Positions 16,625-26,388 of a DNA stretch of 62,954 bases are shown here, one piece after another. The DNA lies in IMG/VR virus record IMGVR_UViG_3300046836_000576. One strand, 5' to 3'. Source of the DNA: an uncultured virus (IMG/VR IMGVR_UViG_3300046836_000576). Its lineage: Duplodnaviria; Heunggongvirae; Uroviricota; Caudoviricetes. The notes under the pieces are model-generated. The model made no database searches and was not told where the DNA came from. It was given only the letters and a program-made list of their open reading frames with translations. A program made the position numbers and the translations under genes. How positions within the stretch are numbered: the first letter of the stretch is position 1; every line of letters starts with the position of its first letter.

Positions 16625-17125
16625 TTAGGTGGCCATCAGTTCACGAGCAGCAGGACCGTCCTTCCGCCGCCTGCGCCGGCGCTTCAGAAAGGACGTCTGA
16701 TCCTTCTCGTTCCAGGACCGAATGAGTGCCATGTCCAGATAGTCCAGATCGAGACCAAAGTCCTCATAGCCCTGTGCGATCACGTCCAGATAGTGCTGCC
16801 CAGGAGGCTGAACACCACCGTGGCACATCTGATACACCAGGACATCGGCAACCTTACCGGTCTTGACCATCTTGACCTTGATGTAGATCTTCTCATAGAG
16901 ACCTCCACCAACGCCCTCATACATGTCAAGCTCTTTTTCACACTCCCTGGTGATCTTCCAAAGACCACCGGGGCAGCTTTCCTTGCGGTCGTACTCGATA
17001 TCGGCTACACCGCGAAACACCAGGCGTGAGTGGGTGAGATGAAACGAGCCCAGCTTCTTGGCCTTGGGGCATCTGCGCTTCATCGCCTCGACACAGAGAT
17101 TGCTTCCATAGGCGAAATACAACAT
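16625..17125 (-). CDS. Gamma-glutamylcyclotransferase (AIG2-like/GGCT) family protein
   Basis: MLYFAYGSNL...RL.FRGVADI...G.LW.I...LD.YEG....Y; start corrected to 17125 (AAGGAG RBS). Confidence 0.9.
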   Translation of the reverse strand: MLYFAYGSNLCVEAMKRRCPKAKKLGSFHLTHSRLVFRGVADIEYDRKESCPGGLWKITRECEKELDMYEGVGGGLYEKIYIKVKMVKTGKVADVLVYQMCHGGVQPPGQHYLDVIAQGYEDFGLDLDYLDMALIRSWNEKDQTSFLKRRRRRRKDGPAARELMAT

Positions 17126-17149
17126 GTCGGAATCTCCTTGCTGACTCCC

Positions 17150-17181
17150 TATATATATAAGCGCTTTGCGATGAATTGCAA
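17150..17181 (-). promoter_or_regulatory. Phage promoter with TTGC-N8-GCAA dyad
   Basis: Minus strand TTGCAATTCATCGCAA-agcgct-TATATA. Confidence 0.7.
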
Positions 17182-17190
17182 GCCCCCGCA

Positions 17191-17472
17191 TCAAAAGATT
17201 TCGTCCTTGAGTCTGGGGTTGAGGCGATCCACACCGGGACCCTTGTGCTTGATCCACGGACCCGGCGGGTCGCCCTGACCGTCCCAAACTAACGTAGCAA
17301 GGAACGCCTCGTGGCGGAGTTCGTAGCAATATCGACTGCTATAACCGGTCTCATCCAGACCTGTGAACAGACCAGTGGTAAAGTTCATATTCATCAGGCC
17401 GATCCACCTGCCGTCCTTGAGCTGTCGAACGTTTGTGTAGCCCTCTGATAGGAGCAGCTCTTCGGTGGTCAT
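17191..17472 (-). CDS. Phage hypothetical protein
   Basis: RYCYE...A....WDG.GDPPGPWIKHK, a motif I recognise from small phage proteins; start corrected to 17472. Confidence 0.65.
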   Translation of the reverse strand: MTTEELLLSEGYTNVRQLKDGRWIGLMNMNFTTGLFTGLDETGYSSRYCYELRHEAFLATLVWDGQGDPPGPWIKHKGPGVDRLNPRLKDEIF

Positions 17473-17600
17473 GATCGATCCTGAATGATGTGAATGACGA
17501 TGGGTGCACGCGGCATTGAGCCGAGTTGGTACCCCAATAGTCCACACGCTGCGATGAATGTGATTAGTATCACCGCAAGAATAACTTCAGACCAGTGCAT
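17469..17600 (-). CDS. Small membrane protein
   Basis: Hydrophobic stretch VILAVILITFIAACGLL; coupled to its neighbours. Confidence 0.5.
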   Translation of the reverse strand: MHWSEVILAVILITFIAACGLLGYQLGSMPRAPIVIHIIQDRS

Positions 17601-17601
17601 G

Positions 17602-17910
17602 TTAATCCATTCGACAAACTTCGAACTCACCACCGGGCTGCACAATGGCAACCCATGAATGATTGTAGAAGCGGATCAACTCATTCCGAAGAATGGTCTC
17701 GGCTAGCAGTTTAACCGGTGGGTCGCCTGGGTACTGCAGGTCACCATTGGCCAGCATGGTGAACCCCTGGAAAGGGACCCACCCGCCACCGTGACCATAG
17801 GACCGATCGAACTGCTCCCGCGCGGGCATAGGATTGCCCTCGTTGAGAAACAGTGGGATGTATCCGAGCATCTCGATCGTTGCCTGTGGGTGCTTCATCG
17901 TCCAGATCAT
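17602..17910 (-). CDS. Phage hypothetical protein
   Basis: YGHGGGW.PF.GF...L.YPGDPP motif; GGAG RBS. Confidence 0.65.
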   Translation of the reverse strand: MIWTMKHPQATIEMLGYIPLFLNEGNPMPAREQFDRSYGHGGGWVPFQGFTMLANGDLQYPGDPPVKLLAETILRNELIRFYNHSWVAIVQPGGEFEVCRMD

Positions 17911-18030
17911 CGGTTTCTCCAGTTATTAGATCCGTGCGCCGTTGCCGTGTGGTGTTGCTGCGCAGTATTTCGCCACCGTGTAAGGTGCGCCTTGGCGCAC
18001 GGCTTGGCGTCGTGCATGTGGGTCATTGGG

Positions 18031-18288
18031 TCATCCTGGGCCATTGCTTGACATCCGTTCTATCAGTTCATCGGCGCAGTCGAGCCAATCGGTATGCATC
18101 TCGGGGTAAGCTCCCTCTTCACCCACCTGATCCCATGGACGGCTCGTCCGCATCTCGAACATGTCGTACAAGTGTCGGGCGAGGCGCTCGCGGAACTGGC
18201 TGTTCGACAGGGCCCGATGCCAGCCTGGATTGCGGTCGAGCCATTGTTTGATGGTGGGCTGCATTGTGATTACTCCTTGTAAGTCCAT
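18031..18288 (-). CDS. Hypothetical protein
   Basis: ORF within the operon; AAGGAG precedes an alternative ATG (MQPT). Confidence 0.5.
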   Translation of the reverse strand: MDLQGVITMQPTIKQWLDRNPGWHRALSNSQFRERLARHLYDMFEMRTSRPWDQVGEEGAYPEMHTDWLDCADELIERMSSNGPG

Positions 18289-18525
18289 TCAGTGCGTGGT
18301 TTCGGTTTCGTCAACCAGCAGGCCGATCCGAACGAGGTCGGCAACGAAATCTTCTGCGCTGCCGCACCGCACCCGCTTGCCCGTTTGTAGCAAGACTCTG
18401 CCTTGGGTCTCTTTCATAAACTTGCGATCGTTATCTGATTGCGTGAAAGAAATCTTGTGCAGTTCTTTCACAATACCCTCTGGGGTCGTTGCCCCCAGAG
18501 GTTGTCCATCATTGGTCCGGTACAT
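18289..18525 (-). CDS. Hypothetical protein
   Basis: AGGAG RBS; directly downstream of the amidoligase gene. Confidence 0.6.
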   Translation of the reverse strand: MYRTNDGQPLGATTPEGIVKELHKISFTQSDNDRKFMKETQGRVLLQTGKRVRCGSAEDFVADLVRIGLLVDETETTH

Positions 18526-18531
18526 AGCTGC

Positions 18532-19746
18532 TTATCTCCTCTCGGTGATGACACGATTGAGTTGAGCTACCCGCGCCTGCAGGAAAGCCAACTCGTTCGC
18601 AGGGATATTAACCGTATTTGCAAAATTCTGCAAGGAATCATCTCCCTCGGGCTGCAAACCTTTCACGGCCGCGTCGTAGATGCGCAAGCAAACCCGTACC
18701 CAATGCTCTGCTTTGTCGGCATCGACCGTGCCCTGGTGCTGCCTGAACTCGACCGTTGTGTGTCGCCAGAAGGCTGCGAGATTAACCTTGAGGAACCGCT
18801 CAAGTCTATTCTCCATTTGTGCGGGATAGCTTGGCATGATGTTTAACAAGCTACCCGCATATGCCAGCGCCAGCTCGTCTATATTGGTGGCGGCTGCAAT
18901 TAGAAGCGACCTGGCACCATCTTCCACCCGCGCTTTGGTCGAGCGGCAATAACTATTGTTATTTGCACGGCGCGTCTGGGAAGTGATAGAGTCAATTGCG
19001 CCTTCATAGTGACCATAAAGCTTGATCAGATTGCGGAAGAAGTTAACATCTCGGCCTTCTGCGCCGATATGCACGTGAAAGCCTGCCTGGCGGCGAACTG
19101 TGCAGCCCTTTTCTTCCAGAAACTTCATCATCTTACGCATCTGCTGGATGCCCTCGCTGCCTTGCAGCACTGGGGACACCACTTCAATGCCATTTCTACG
19201 ATCACCAAGCGAACCGTCCTGCGTGATCTTCCACACATTAGGCCGGACGGGATCACGATAATAACCAATCACTGCTTGAAAGCCTGCGCTGATCATGTCA
19301 GCCATAAGGCTGCGTTGACCCATATTCCGGGGCATGTAGCATTCGATCTCAACGCCGAATGTGTAATCGGTGAGGTCGGCGTCAAGCGCGGTGCTGAGTG
19401 CCACAATTGCTGTGCTGGTGTGAGGCGCCCGTGGACCGCGAGGCGTCACTGTGCCTTCGGTCAACAGCACTTCCGGGAGCTGCTCCAGCAGGCTGGGCAT
19501 CGGTAAGCGTTCAATCAGCCAGGTCCGATTTGTGTTTATCACCCGCTGGCGCAAGGCCAGCAAGCGAACGGCCCGCCACCGAACTGAGGTCCAATTGTTG
19601 GTCCACTGATTGGTGTTCCACTGGGACACGCCACTCAGATGATGGCGTACCTGTGTTGCGATGGTCCGATACTCATTGTGGATCTGCTCGTCCCACCAGG
19701 CCGGACCTTGGCCATTGATTGTGGGGGGTAGATTAATGCGAGGCAT
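18532..19746 (-). CDS. Putative amidoligase (COOH-NH2 ligase, Amidoligase_2 family)
   Basis: TFGVEIE, W.IT.DGSL, EVVSPVL, GFHVHIG and TVEFRQHQGT motifs. Confidence 0.88.
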   Translation of the reverse strand: MPRINLPPTINGQGPAWWDEQIHNEYRTIATQVRHHLSGVSQWNTNQWTNNWTSVRWRAVRLLALRQRVINTNRTWLIERLPMPSLLEQLPEVLLTEGTVTPRGPRAPHTSTAIVALSTALDADLTDYTFGVEIECYMPRNMGQRSLMADMISAGFQAVIGYYRDPVRPNVWKITQDGSLGDRRNGIEVVSPVLQGSEGIQQMRKMMKFLEEKGCTVRRQAGFHVHIGAEGRDVNFFRNLIKLYGHYEGAIDSITSQTRRANNNSYCRSTKARVEDGARSLLIAAATNIDELALAYAGSLLNIMPSYPAQMENRLERFLKVNLAAFWRHTTVEFRQHQGTVDADKAEHWVRVCLRIYDAAVKGLQPEGDDSLQNFANTVNIPANELAFLQARVAQLNRVITERR

Positions 19747-19771
19747 GAGCTTGTCTCCGTTCTGACAAAGC

Positions 19772-19801
19772 TATATATAAGCTTTTTGCAGCACATTGCA
19801 A
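19772..19801 (-). promoter_or_regulatory. Phage promoter with TTGC-N8-GCAA dyad
   Basis: Minus strand TTGCAATGTGCTGCAA-aaagct-TATATA, upstream of the amidoligase gene. Confidence 0.7.
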
Positions 19802-20134
19802 GCTATCATGCAAAATGATTTGAATTCTTTTATTGAGCGTTGTCAAAGGCTTACGATGGGTTTATGGACGAATTTCGGGCGACTGTACGGCACCGGAAGT
19901 GGGGGTTTCGGACCCTTCGAGTACATAGCAGTGGGATACGAATACCGCGCTCCACGAGCCTTGAGGCCGGCCTTTGTGAAACGACCCTTGAATGGACTTA
20001 CGCGGCCGAAAACGTAACGAATCACTAGGACGGTGAGGCCGATCACGTTCAGACCGACCCACACCGCCAGAACTATTCCAGCGGTTAGCACCCCTAACCC
20101 CCCACCCTTGAATTGAACCCAAAAAGTAGCAGCG

Positions 20135-20207
20135 TATTGCAATGCGGTGCAATAGCTAATTTCGCAGGTCAGGTATGCAAGTTTGCATATTGCAATGCGG
20201 TGCAATA
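20135..20207 (+). repeat. 20-bp direct repeat TATTGCAATGCGGTGCAATA (two copies); second copy is the promoter of the rightward operon
   Basis: Exact copies at 20135-20154 and 20188-20207; the second is followed by TACATT. Confidence 0.75.
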
Positions 20208-20242
20208 TCGCTTACATTTCCTGAGTCAGATGGAGAATTTTT

Positions 20243-20440
20243 ATGAAGCTCTGGATTTTGACTTTCGCCCTTGACGACGACCACTTCGTTGGGACTTTCT
20301 CCACCGAGGAGAAGGCGCAGGCAGCATCAGCTGCCTTTTCCAAGGATGCCGAGCAGGCAACGATGTGGATATCGATTGTCCCGGTCGAACTTGATAACGA
20401 CGATCTGGTCGATATTGAATTGTGCGGTACGGGCGACTAG
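20243..20440 (+). CDS. Hypothetical protein
   Basis: GGAGA RBS; VGTFSTEEKAQAA motif common in small phage proteins. Confidence 0.6.
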   Translation: MKLWILTFALDDDHFVGTFSTEEKAQAASAAFSKDAEQATMWISIVPVELDNDDLVDIELCGTGD

Positions 20441-20442
20441 AC

Positions 20443-20625
20443 ATGAGTTACCTCGTTGGACGACTGATCAACGAATACCAGATTCACGCATTCTACTACT
20501 GCCAGACCCTGGAAGAAGCAAAGTCTGTCTGTGCAGTTGAATGGGTTGGTCAACACAATATCTGGAGCGGCAAGGATTATGATGACGATACGATATACGT
20601 CATCATAAAGCGGACTCCAAATTAA
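20443..20625 (+). CDS. Hypothetical protein
   Basis: ATG just after the previous stop codon. Confidence 0.45.
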   Translation: MSYLVGRLINEYQIHAFYYCQTLEEAKSVCAVEWVGQHNIWSGKDYDDDTIYVIIKRTPN

Positions 20626-20684
20626 ATCTCGTCTGAATGCTTATTTCCTTTTGCAGTTTTGTGCAAAGCCTATAAGCTTGCAAT

Positions 20685-21011
20685 ATGCCCGTCAGCAAGC
20701 AAACACCGCTAACAGCTCAAGCGACTCACGAGCATAATTTTGAGCAGTCTTACGCTGACTGGGAAGCCTCGGTGTTTGATAGGGCTGCTTACTTTGCAGT
20801 GATCGAGCTGCGCTATGGTGGGCGTGGCCAGCAAAGATACACAAAGTGGACGGTTCTCCCCTGGGCACTGCGCTATGCGCGGGAACATGTGGAGACCGGT
20901 CCCTGTGTGTATGCCGTAGTAGAGTCTGGAAGGTTTACAGTTCTCGACCGCGAAAAGTGGGATGATTGGGAAACACGTTGGCGTCGGTCTAGAGAACACA
21001 TCAAAGCCTGA
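20685..21011 (+). CDS. Hypothetical protein
   Basis: ORF downstream of a TTGC-N8-GCAA site at 20651-20666. Confidence 0.6.
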   Translation: MPVSKQTPLTAQATHEHNFEQSYADWEASVFDRAAYFAVIELRYGGRGQQRYTKWTVLPWALRYAREHVETGPCVYAVVESGRFTVLDREKWDDWETRWRRSREHIKA

Positions 21012-21015
21012 CTGA

Positions 21016-22350
21016 ATGGAGTTATTCCCTTACCAGCGGAAGGGGGTAACTTTTCTAGAACGCAGAAAAGGTCGCGCTCTAATTGCCGACGAGATGGGAC
21101 TGGGAAAGACAGTCCAAGTATTAGGTTGGTTGCAGCATCGACGGTCGTATAGACCTACAATCATAATCTGTCCTACGTCTGTCAGATTACACTGGCAATC
21201 ACTTATTCGCTTAATGTTGCACGAAGAGTGTTATCTGCCTTATTCTCAAACGGCTGCGGGTATAGGGTATGAAAATCAATCTTTCATTATCATTCATTAC
21301 AGTATTGTACCTTTCTGGGTTGACTGGTTAAGAGCTCTAAAACCAAAGGTTATCGTGGTGGATGAAGCTCAGGCTATAAAGACCAACAATACAAAACGCA
21401 CCAACGCTGTAAAGGCTTTGGCTCGTAAAGTCCCGCATGTTATTGGCTTGACTGGTACTCCGATCGTTAATCGACCAAGCGAAGCATTCAACATTTTGCA
21501 GATAATTGATCGCAAAACCTTTCCCAATCAACGAAAGTATGCTGAGCGATATTGTGATCGTAAGCTGACATACTGGGGTTGGGATGAGTCTGGTGCAATC
21601 AACATTCCTGAACTCCATGAGCTCTTATCTTCGGTTATGTTGCGCAGGCGCAAGGTGGATGTATTAAAGAGTCTACCACCAAAGATACGCAGCTTCGTCC
21701 CACTTGAGTTGACCAATCGTAAGGAATACACCGCAGCTGAAAAGGACTTTATTGGCTATGTAAGGGAAACAGAGGGTAAGGAGGCAGCGAAAAAAGCAAA
21801 CAAGGCTGCGGCACTTACAAAGGTTACTTTTCTGCGTTTGTTAGCAGCTCGAGGTAAACTAGAACAGGCAATTGATTGGATTGCTAATACAATAGAGGAA
21901 CAGAAGCTAGTTGTTTTTGCAGTCCATCGTGAAATTCTTGACCCTGTTTTTAACGCATTTCGTAAAGTTGCTGTACGAGTTGATGGTAGTGTAAATGAAG
22001 CCGAGCGTGGTCGTGCTATTGATCGGTTTCAGAAGGATCCAAAGTGCAGGTTATTCGTTGGACAAACACAAGCAGCAGGTACCGGAATAACACTGACCGC
22101 AGCGAGTAATGTTGCATTTCTGGAACTGCCGTGGACTCCGGGGGACTTGTTGCAATGTGAAGATAGGTGTCATAGGATTGGTCAGGTCAATTCAGTGACA
22201 ATACATTATCTTCTAGCAGCAAACACAATAGATGAAAAGATGGCGGATCTGATAGACAGGAAGCGTAGAATTTTAGACTCCGTGCATGATGGGGAAACCT
22301 TCCCATCAATCTTAGCTGAGTTGTTAAACCATTACAATAAACGGGGGTAA
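21016..22350 (+). CDS. SNF2-family (HARP/SMARCAL1-like) helicase
   Basis: ADEMGLGKT, DEAQ, LTGTP, GTGITLT and QCEDRCHRIGQ motifs. Confidence 0.93.
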   Translation: MELFPYQRKGVTFLERRKGRALIADEMGLGKTVQVLGWLQHRRSYRPTIIICPTSVRLHWQSLIRLMLHEECYLPYSQTAAGIGYENQSFIIIHYSIVPFWVDWLRALKPKVIVVDEAQAIKTNNTKRTNAVKALARKVPHVIGLTGTPIVNRPSEAFNILQIIDRKTFPNQRKYAERYCDRKLTYWGWDESGAINIPELHELLSSVMLRRRKVDVLKSLPPKIRSFVPLELTNRKEYTAAEKDFIGYVRETEGKEAAKKANKAAALTKVTFLRLLAARGKLEQAIDWIANTIEEQKLVVFAVHREILDPVFNAFRKVAVRVDGSVNEAERGRAIDRFQKDPKCRLFVGQTQAAGTGITLTAASNVAFLELPWTPGDLLQCEDRCHRIGQVNSVTIHYLLAANTIDEKMADLIDRKRRILDSVHDGETFPSILAELLNHYNKRG

Positions 22351-22352
22351 CT

Positions 22353-22820
22353 ATGGAAGTAGCGATACCAACTAAGCTAGCGATTAAGTTCGCATACAGC
22401 ACAGGTATTGAGGTCGGATACCTGTTTTCCGAAGCGGTGGAAGCCTATTGGAAGGCCACAATTGATCCCAAATATGACCCGCGCAAAGCATCTTTCAAGA
22501 CTTACGCCACCACCTGTGTCTATCGTCATCTCTGCAGTGTGATTGCGGAGTACAAGCGTAAGTATCCTGACTATGATCAGATTAGCGAAGACATGGTTAG
22601 TCAGGAACCTAGCCCCGAGGATGTTTACTATTTCAAGGAGATAGTGAGTCAGTTACCGGATGATGGTAAGTATGTGATCCATTTGGTGTTGGAAGTGCTG
22701 GATGGTATTCCTGCTTATCGGGCCCGTGCGGCAATTCGTAAAATGCTAAAGGGACAGTGGGCCTCTGTTCGGATTGACACAGCATTTCACTCTGTTAGCC
22801 TGATGCTGAAAGAGGCGTAG
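22353..22820 (+). CDS. Phage sigma70-like factor (region 2)
   Basis: LFSEA..AYWKA...YDP.KASFKTYA...V...L matches the sigma region 2 pattern; downstream SPED segment. Confidence 0.7.
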   Translation: MEVAIPTKLAIKFAYSTGIEVGYLFSEAVEAYWKATIDPKYDPRKASFKTYATTCVYRHLCSVIAEYKRKYPDYDQISEDMVSQEPSPEDVYYFKEIVSQLPDDGKYVIHLVLEVLDGIPAYRARAAIRKMLKGQWASVRIDTAFHSVSLMLKEA

Positions 22821-23747
22821 TTGGACATCCTTGAAATCTACCGTAGGCATGGTGTGCACTATCAGACGGAAGGTGATAGGCATACCACGCGCGGGTGGGT
22901 CAATTGTCGCTGCCCGTTCTGCACGGGCAGCCCCGGCCTGCATTTAGGCTTTAACTTACAACACAAGTTCTTTAGATGCTGGCGCTGCGGTTGGCACAGC
23001 ACCGTTGATACATTGATTGAATTATGCCGCGTCTCATCCGAACAAGCTCGTCAACTGTACTATGAGCTTGGTGCCTCCGGTGGACCTTTTGTCCCGCGAG
23101 TGGACAAGACATCAAGGCTAATCAATCTATCTCGGTACAAGCGGCCTACAGATGTTGGCCCCTTACGTCCTTCTCACAAGCGATACTTGGCTGGTAGAGG
23201 CTTTGATCCTGAGAAGATTGAAGCAGAATGGCATGTATGCAGCACGGGACCTTTAGCCTATCTTGACAATATCGACTACCGGTACAGGCTGTTCATTCCT
23301 ATCGTGTGGAATGATAGAGAAGTGTCCTTTCAATGCAGAGATGTCACAGGCAAGTCAGACATCAAGTACCGAGCTTGCCCACTGGATCGCGAGGCTATGC
23401 ACCACAAGAATATCTTGTATGGCAGGCCGGATTGCTGGGGTTCCAGGGTCGGTATAGCGGTGGAGGGTGTCACGGATGTCTGGAGGCTGGGTGCTCAAGC
23501 CTTTGCCGTGCTTGGCATTGAGTACAAAATAGAGCAAGTGGTCCTAATCAAGAAGTTTTTTGATCGGATTGCCATTGTATTTGATGGGGATAGGCAAGCG
23601 CAGAGGCAGGCAAGAGAGCTGGGCTCTAGGCTGGATGCTATGGGAGTCGACACCTTTATTTACAAGCTTGATAAAGGCGTCGATCCCGGTAGCATGTCAG
23701 ATGATGATGCGAAGCATCTAGTTAAGACGCTTCAAACTCCGCGGTAA
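22821..23747 (+). CDS. DNA primase (Zn-binding plus TOPRIM)
   Basis: CPFC...CWRCG, VEGVTDVW, FDGD and DPG motifs; TTG start with GAGG RBS. Confidence 0.88.
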   Translation: MDILEIYRRHGVHYQTEGDRHTTRGWVNCRCPFCTGSPGLHLGFNLQHKFFRCWRCGWHSTVDTLIELCRVSSEQARQLYYELGASGGPFVPRVDKTSRLINLSRYKRPTDVGPLRPSHKRYLAGRGFDPEKIEAEWHVCSTGPLAYLDNIDYRYRLFIPIVWNDREVSFQCRDVTGKSDIKYRACPLDREAMHHKNILYGRPDCWGSRVGIAVEGVTDVWRLGAQAFAVLGIEYKIEQVVLIKKFFDRIAIVFDGDRQAQRQARELGSRLDAMGVDTFIYKLDKGVDPGSMSDDDAKHLVKTLQTPR

Positions 23748-23851
23748 GCACCTCTCGAGGCAGGGATGCAAGTCGTGCATCACGCATAAGGTCCAACTAT
23801 CGTCGCTGTGAGTTGTATTAATTCACTATACAACGTTTGTTTTGGATCCAT

Positions 23852-25147
23852 TTATGTTACTCTTAAGTTATACTTAAGAAATCTTTTGACCAAAGTTGTT
23901 GACTTTATTCTACGTCGAGTTAATGCAGAAAGCATCATCATAGTTACTCCAACTATCACTATTGAAACTTTGTCGTTCATATCTCCCACAATGAAAATTG
24001 GTTGTAGAATTAATGTCATCAAAACTCCAGTACAAAATGTAACAAGAGAATTCTGACCTAAAAGAATGACTGGCTTGGAAACAGTCCATCTTAAGAATTC
24101 ACTCTCTCGACTGACAAAGCTATTAATAACAATCACCACTGCTAGAAAATTAGCTAGTCGGACTGGTGCTAGAAATTCTTTACTTTGAAATAGTCTCCAT
24201 GGCAAACCACCAGGAAAGATGAGTTCATTTACCGATGGTATGCTAAAAATTGCGCATCCTATAACAATAGTCCAAGCTCCAATAGTTATCCAATTCCATT
24301 TATTAACTATATAAATTTCTCTGTTCTTAATCGGAATAAACTCTGGAATTAGAATTCTTCTTCTATGAGTTTGAAGATGTCGAATTGATGCACCTATGAC
24401 AAATAGGAATTGCCATGACAAAGGATTTACCCAATGAGCACTGTTAAAATATGGAATATCCCACAATATAATTAAAGTCGAAAAGTAAATTGAAAAGGAA
24501 ACTAGTAACGTTACCAACACATTCTTCCTAAGAGCATATAGAATAATCGGAAGAATTGCTAGGAGCATCATATATACTGGCAAAACTCCTAGAAATGGTA
24601 CCTTAAACTTAAAAGAAACTAGCGCATCGATAGCTTGCTGAAAGACAGTATCAATTGAGATATAAGGAGATGACTCACCAGAAATTACTACATACAAAAA
24701 GTAGAATAAGAAAATCAGAAAGTTGGCTATGTATAGCTTACCAACTCGTTTGTAAATTTTAGTAGCTGTTGGTCGTATTCCATAGTTATTCAACATACTT
24801 CCATAGACCAAATAAGAAATGTATCCTGAGATACAAATGAAAACCTCCGATGCATCGAAGAAAGTGAAATAGCGAAGGAGTAGCGGTGATCCATGAACAT
24901 GATCATAAAAGATCAAAATGAGAGCGATTCCTCGAAAGAAATCTACTCTGGGATCACGAGAGCTAAGGTAGTCAGCCGGCATCATTACACCGGTGGTACC
25001 GCGCCGATTCTCTTCAATCGGCAAAGTGTCGATATGACTTCCCTTCTGAAAATCAGCGCGTGGTTTTGGGAGACGGGACAATCTATGCTCCCAACGATAC
25101 ATCATTTCGGCGTAATCCATAACAGTTCCTTTCATCTCATAAACCAA
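23852..25147 (-). CDS. opgC: OpgC-family membrane acyl(succinyl)transferase
   Basis: RDPRVDFFRGIAL..IF.DH, DASEVF..ISGY, LP.Y, NPLSWQFLF..G, K..L.P.RL and LGQNSL..FC motifs; many TM helices. The true start may be downstream (near 24985). Confidence 0.85.
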   Translation of the reverse strand: MVYEMKGTVMDYAEMMYRWEHRLSRLPKPRADFQKGSHIDTLPIEENRRGTTGVMMPADYLSSRDPRVDFFRGIALILIFYDHVHGSPLLLRYFTFFDASEVFICISGYISYLVYGSMLNNYGIRPTATKIYKRVGKLYIANFLIFLFYFLYVVISGESSPYISIDTVFQQAIDALVSFKFKVPFLGVLPVYMMLLAILPIILYALRKNVLVTLLVSFSIYFSTLIILWDIPYFNSAHWVNPLSWQFLFVIGASIRHLQTHRRRILIPEFIPIKNREIYIVNKWNWITIGAWTIVIGCAIFSIPSVNELIFPGGLPWRLFQSKEFLAPVRLANFLAVVIVINSFVSRESEFLRWTVSKPVILLGQNSLVTFCTGVLMTLILQPIFIVGDMNDKVSIVIVGVTMMMLSALTRRRIKSTTLVKRFLKYNLRVT

Positions 25148-26388
25148 CGACTAATCACTTGCTTCACTCCTTTCATTGGGGAACCCCACCTTTGCCTTAC
25201 TTCTTTGGCTTGTTTTTGTACTGTTATCTTTAATGGTGGATTGTGTCTTTTATGTAGTTCTTCAATTACAGCAGTGATGTCTCCTAACTTTCCATCAAAA
25301 CCTACCTCAAGAACAGCTAGTGACGCAATCGAATAGGCTTCAAGCAGACGTGGTACCCATTGTGTTCTCCGCTTTAGATCCATTGGAAGGATCTTTTTCC
25401 CCACATTATTTTCAAGATTCACCCAGTTTATTGCCCGGATTTTCAGCGTTTCCATAGTTAGAAGAGCATCATTCGGATAACCAAGTATTTTAATTTCATG
25501 TATCTTATTCCAAAACATCTGTTTATATTCATTAATCAAGCCCATTTCAAAGGTATAGCGCATGGCTCGGTGAAGTTTTTGATTACCTCGCTGTCCATGT
25601 TCCAAGTGGGTTAGTATGTGAAACCATGCGTCCTCAAACGGATCTCTACTGGGCTTCAGTCTAGGACGACGATACTTGGTGATGGATGAAGGTGTAACTT
25701 CCACCACTTCCTTAACTTTGGGTAACGGTGCGGGTGGAGGCAACACAGGAGGAGTTAATAACTTAGGTGGTGCTTCCGGGTATACCTTGGGTGCACGTTT
25801 GCGCCTGGCCGCACCCGCGCGAGGTAGAGTAGATTTCTCAGGTGGAGCCTGAATTATCTCTGGTGGGATTGGTGGTACCTGCGCAGCATATGTCGCCGCT
25901 TCTGCTTCCCGACATCCGTTAATAAGTGCTGCAACCTTATCCAAATTAACCCCATTACCATTGGATTGCGGATTAGTTACAGAGACTTCGTTATTACAGG
26001 TAGGACATGTATAAGCAGGTTTTTGATTGGAAGATGGCCAATGGGATAGATAACGTTTATTCCCACAATCTACACAAGCAGTCGTATCAGGCTTAAGCCG
26101 AATAAAATCAGAACGTTGCAGACGGGGAATATTTCCCCGACTGTTTTTTCCCTGATCATCTTGACGCTCAATGAGTGGGCGGACATATGATATAAATAAC
26201 CGCCATCGGGCAGTATGCAAACCTACATCAATCGGTGAATCTCCTCTGCCATTAATCCGGGAGGATCGGCGGAGGGCTAGATGGGGTGGAATTGATTCTT
26301 CCACCCCAGCAAAGAGCCCTCCTAACCGAACCCAAGACTCTGGGTTCGCCGCTAGATTAGCGACGGTTTGTTGTCGCCAGGTTAGCAT
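25132..26388 (-). CDS. Hypothetical protein with CxxC...CxxC Zn ribbon and Pro-rich linker
   Basis: CVDC...CPTC motifs in a 418-aa ORF. Confidence 0.65.
   Translation of the reverse strand: MLTWRQQTVANLAANPESWVRLGGLFAGVEESIPPHLALRRSSRINGRGDSPIDVGLHTARWRLFISYVRPLIERQDDQGKNSRGNIPRLQRSDFIRLKPDTTACVDCGNKRYLSHWPSSNQKPAYTCPTCNNEVSVTNPQSNGNGVNLDKVAALINGCREAEAATYAAQVPPIPPEIIQAPPEKSTLPRAGAARRKRAPKVYPEAPPKLLTPPVLPPPAPLPKVKEVVEVTPSSITKYRRPRLKPSRDPFEDAWFHILTHLEHGQRGNQKLHRAMRYTFEMGLINEYKQMFWNKIHEIKILGYPNDALLTMETLKIRAINWVNLENNVGKKILPMDLKRRTQWVPRLLEAYSIASLAVLEVGFDGKLGDITAVIEELHKRHNPPLKITVQKQAKEVRQRWGSPMKGVKQVISRWFMR

Noticed and set aside
19796..20205. Protein-coding genes in the divergent promoter gap
   Set aside because: Several overlapping ORFs conflict. 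A small minus-strand membrane peptide (VLTAGIVLAVW...) is possible but lacks enough support.
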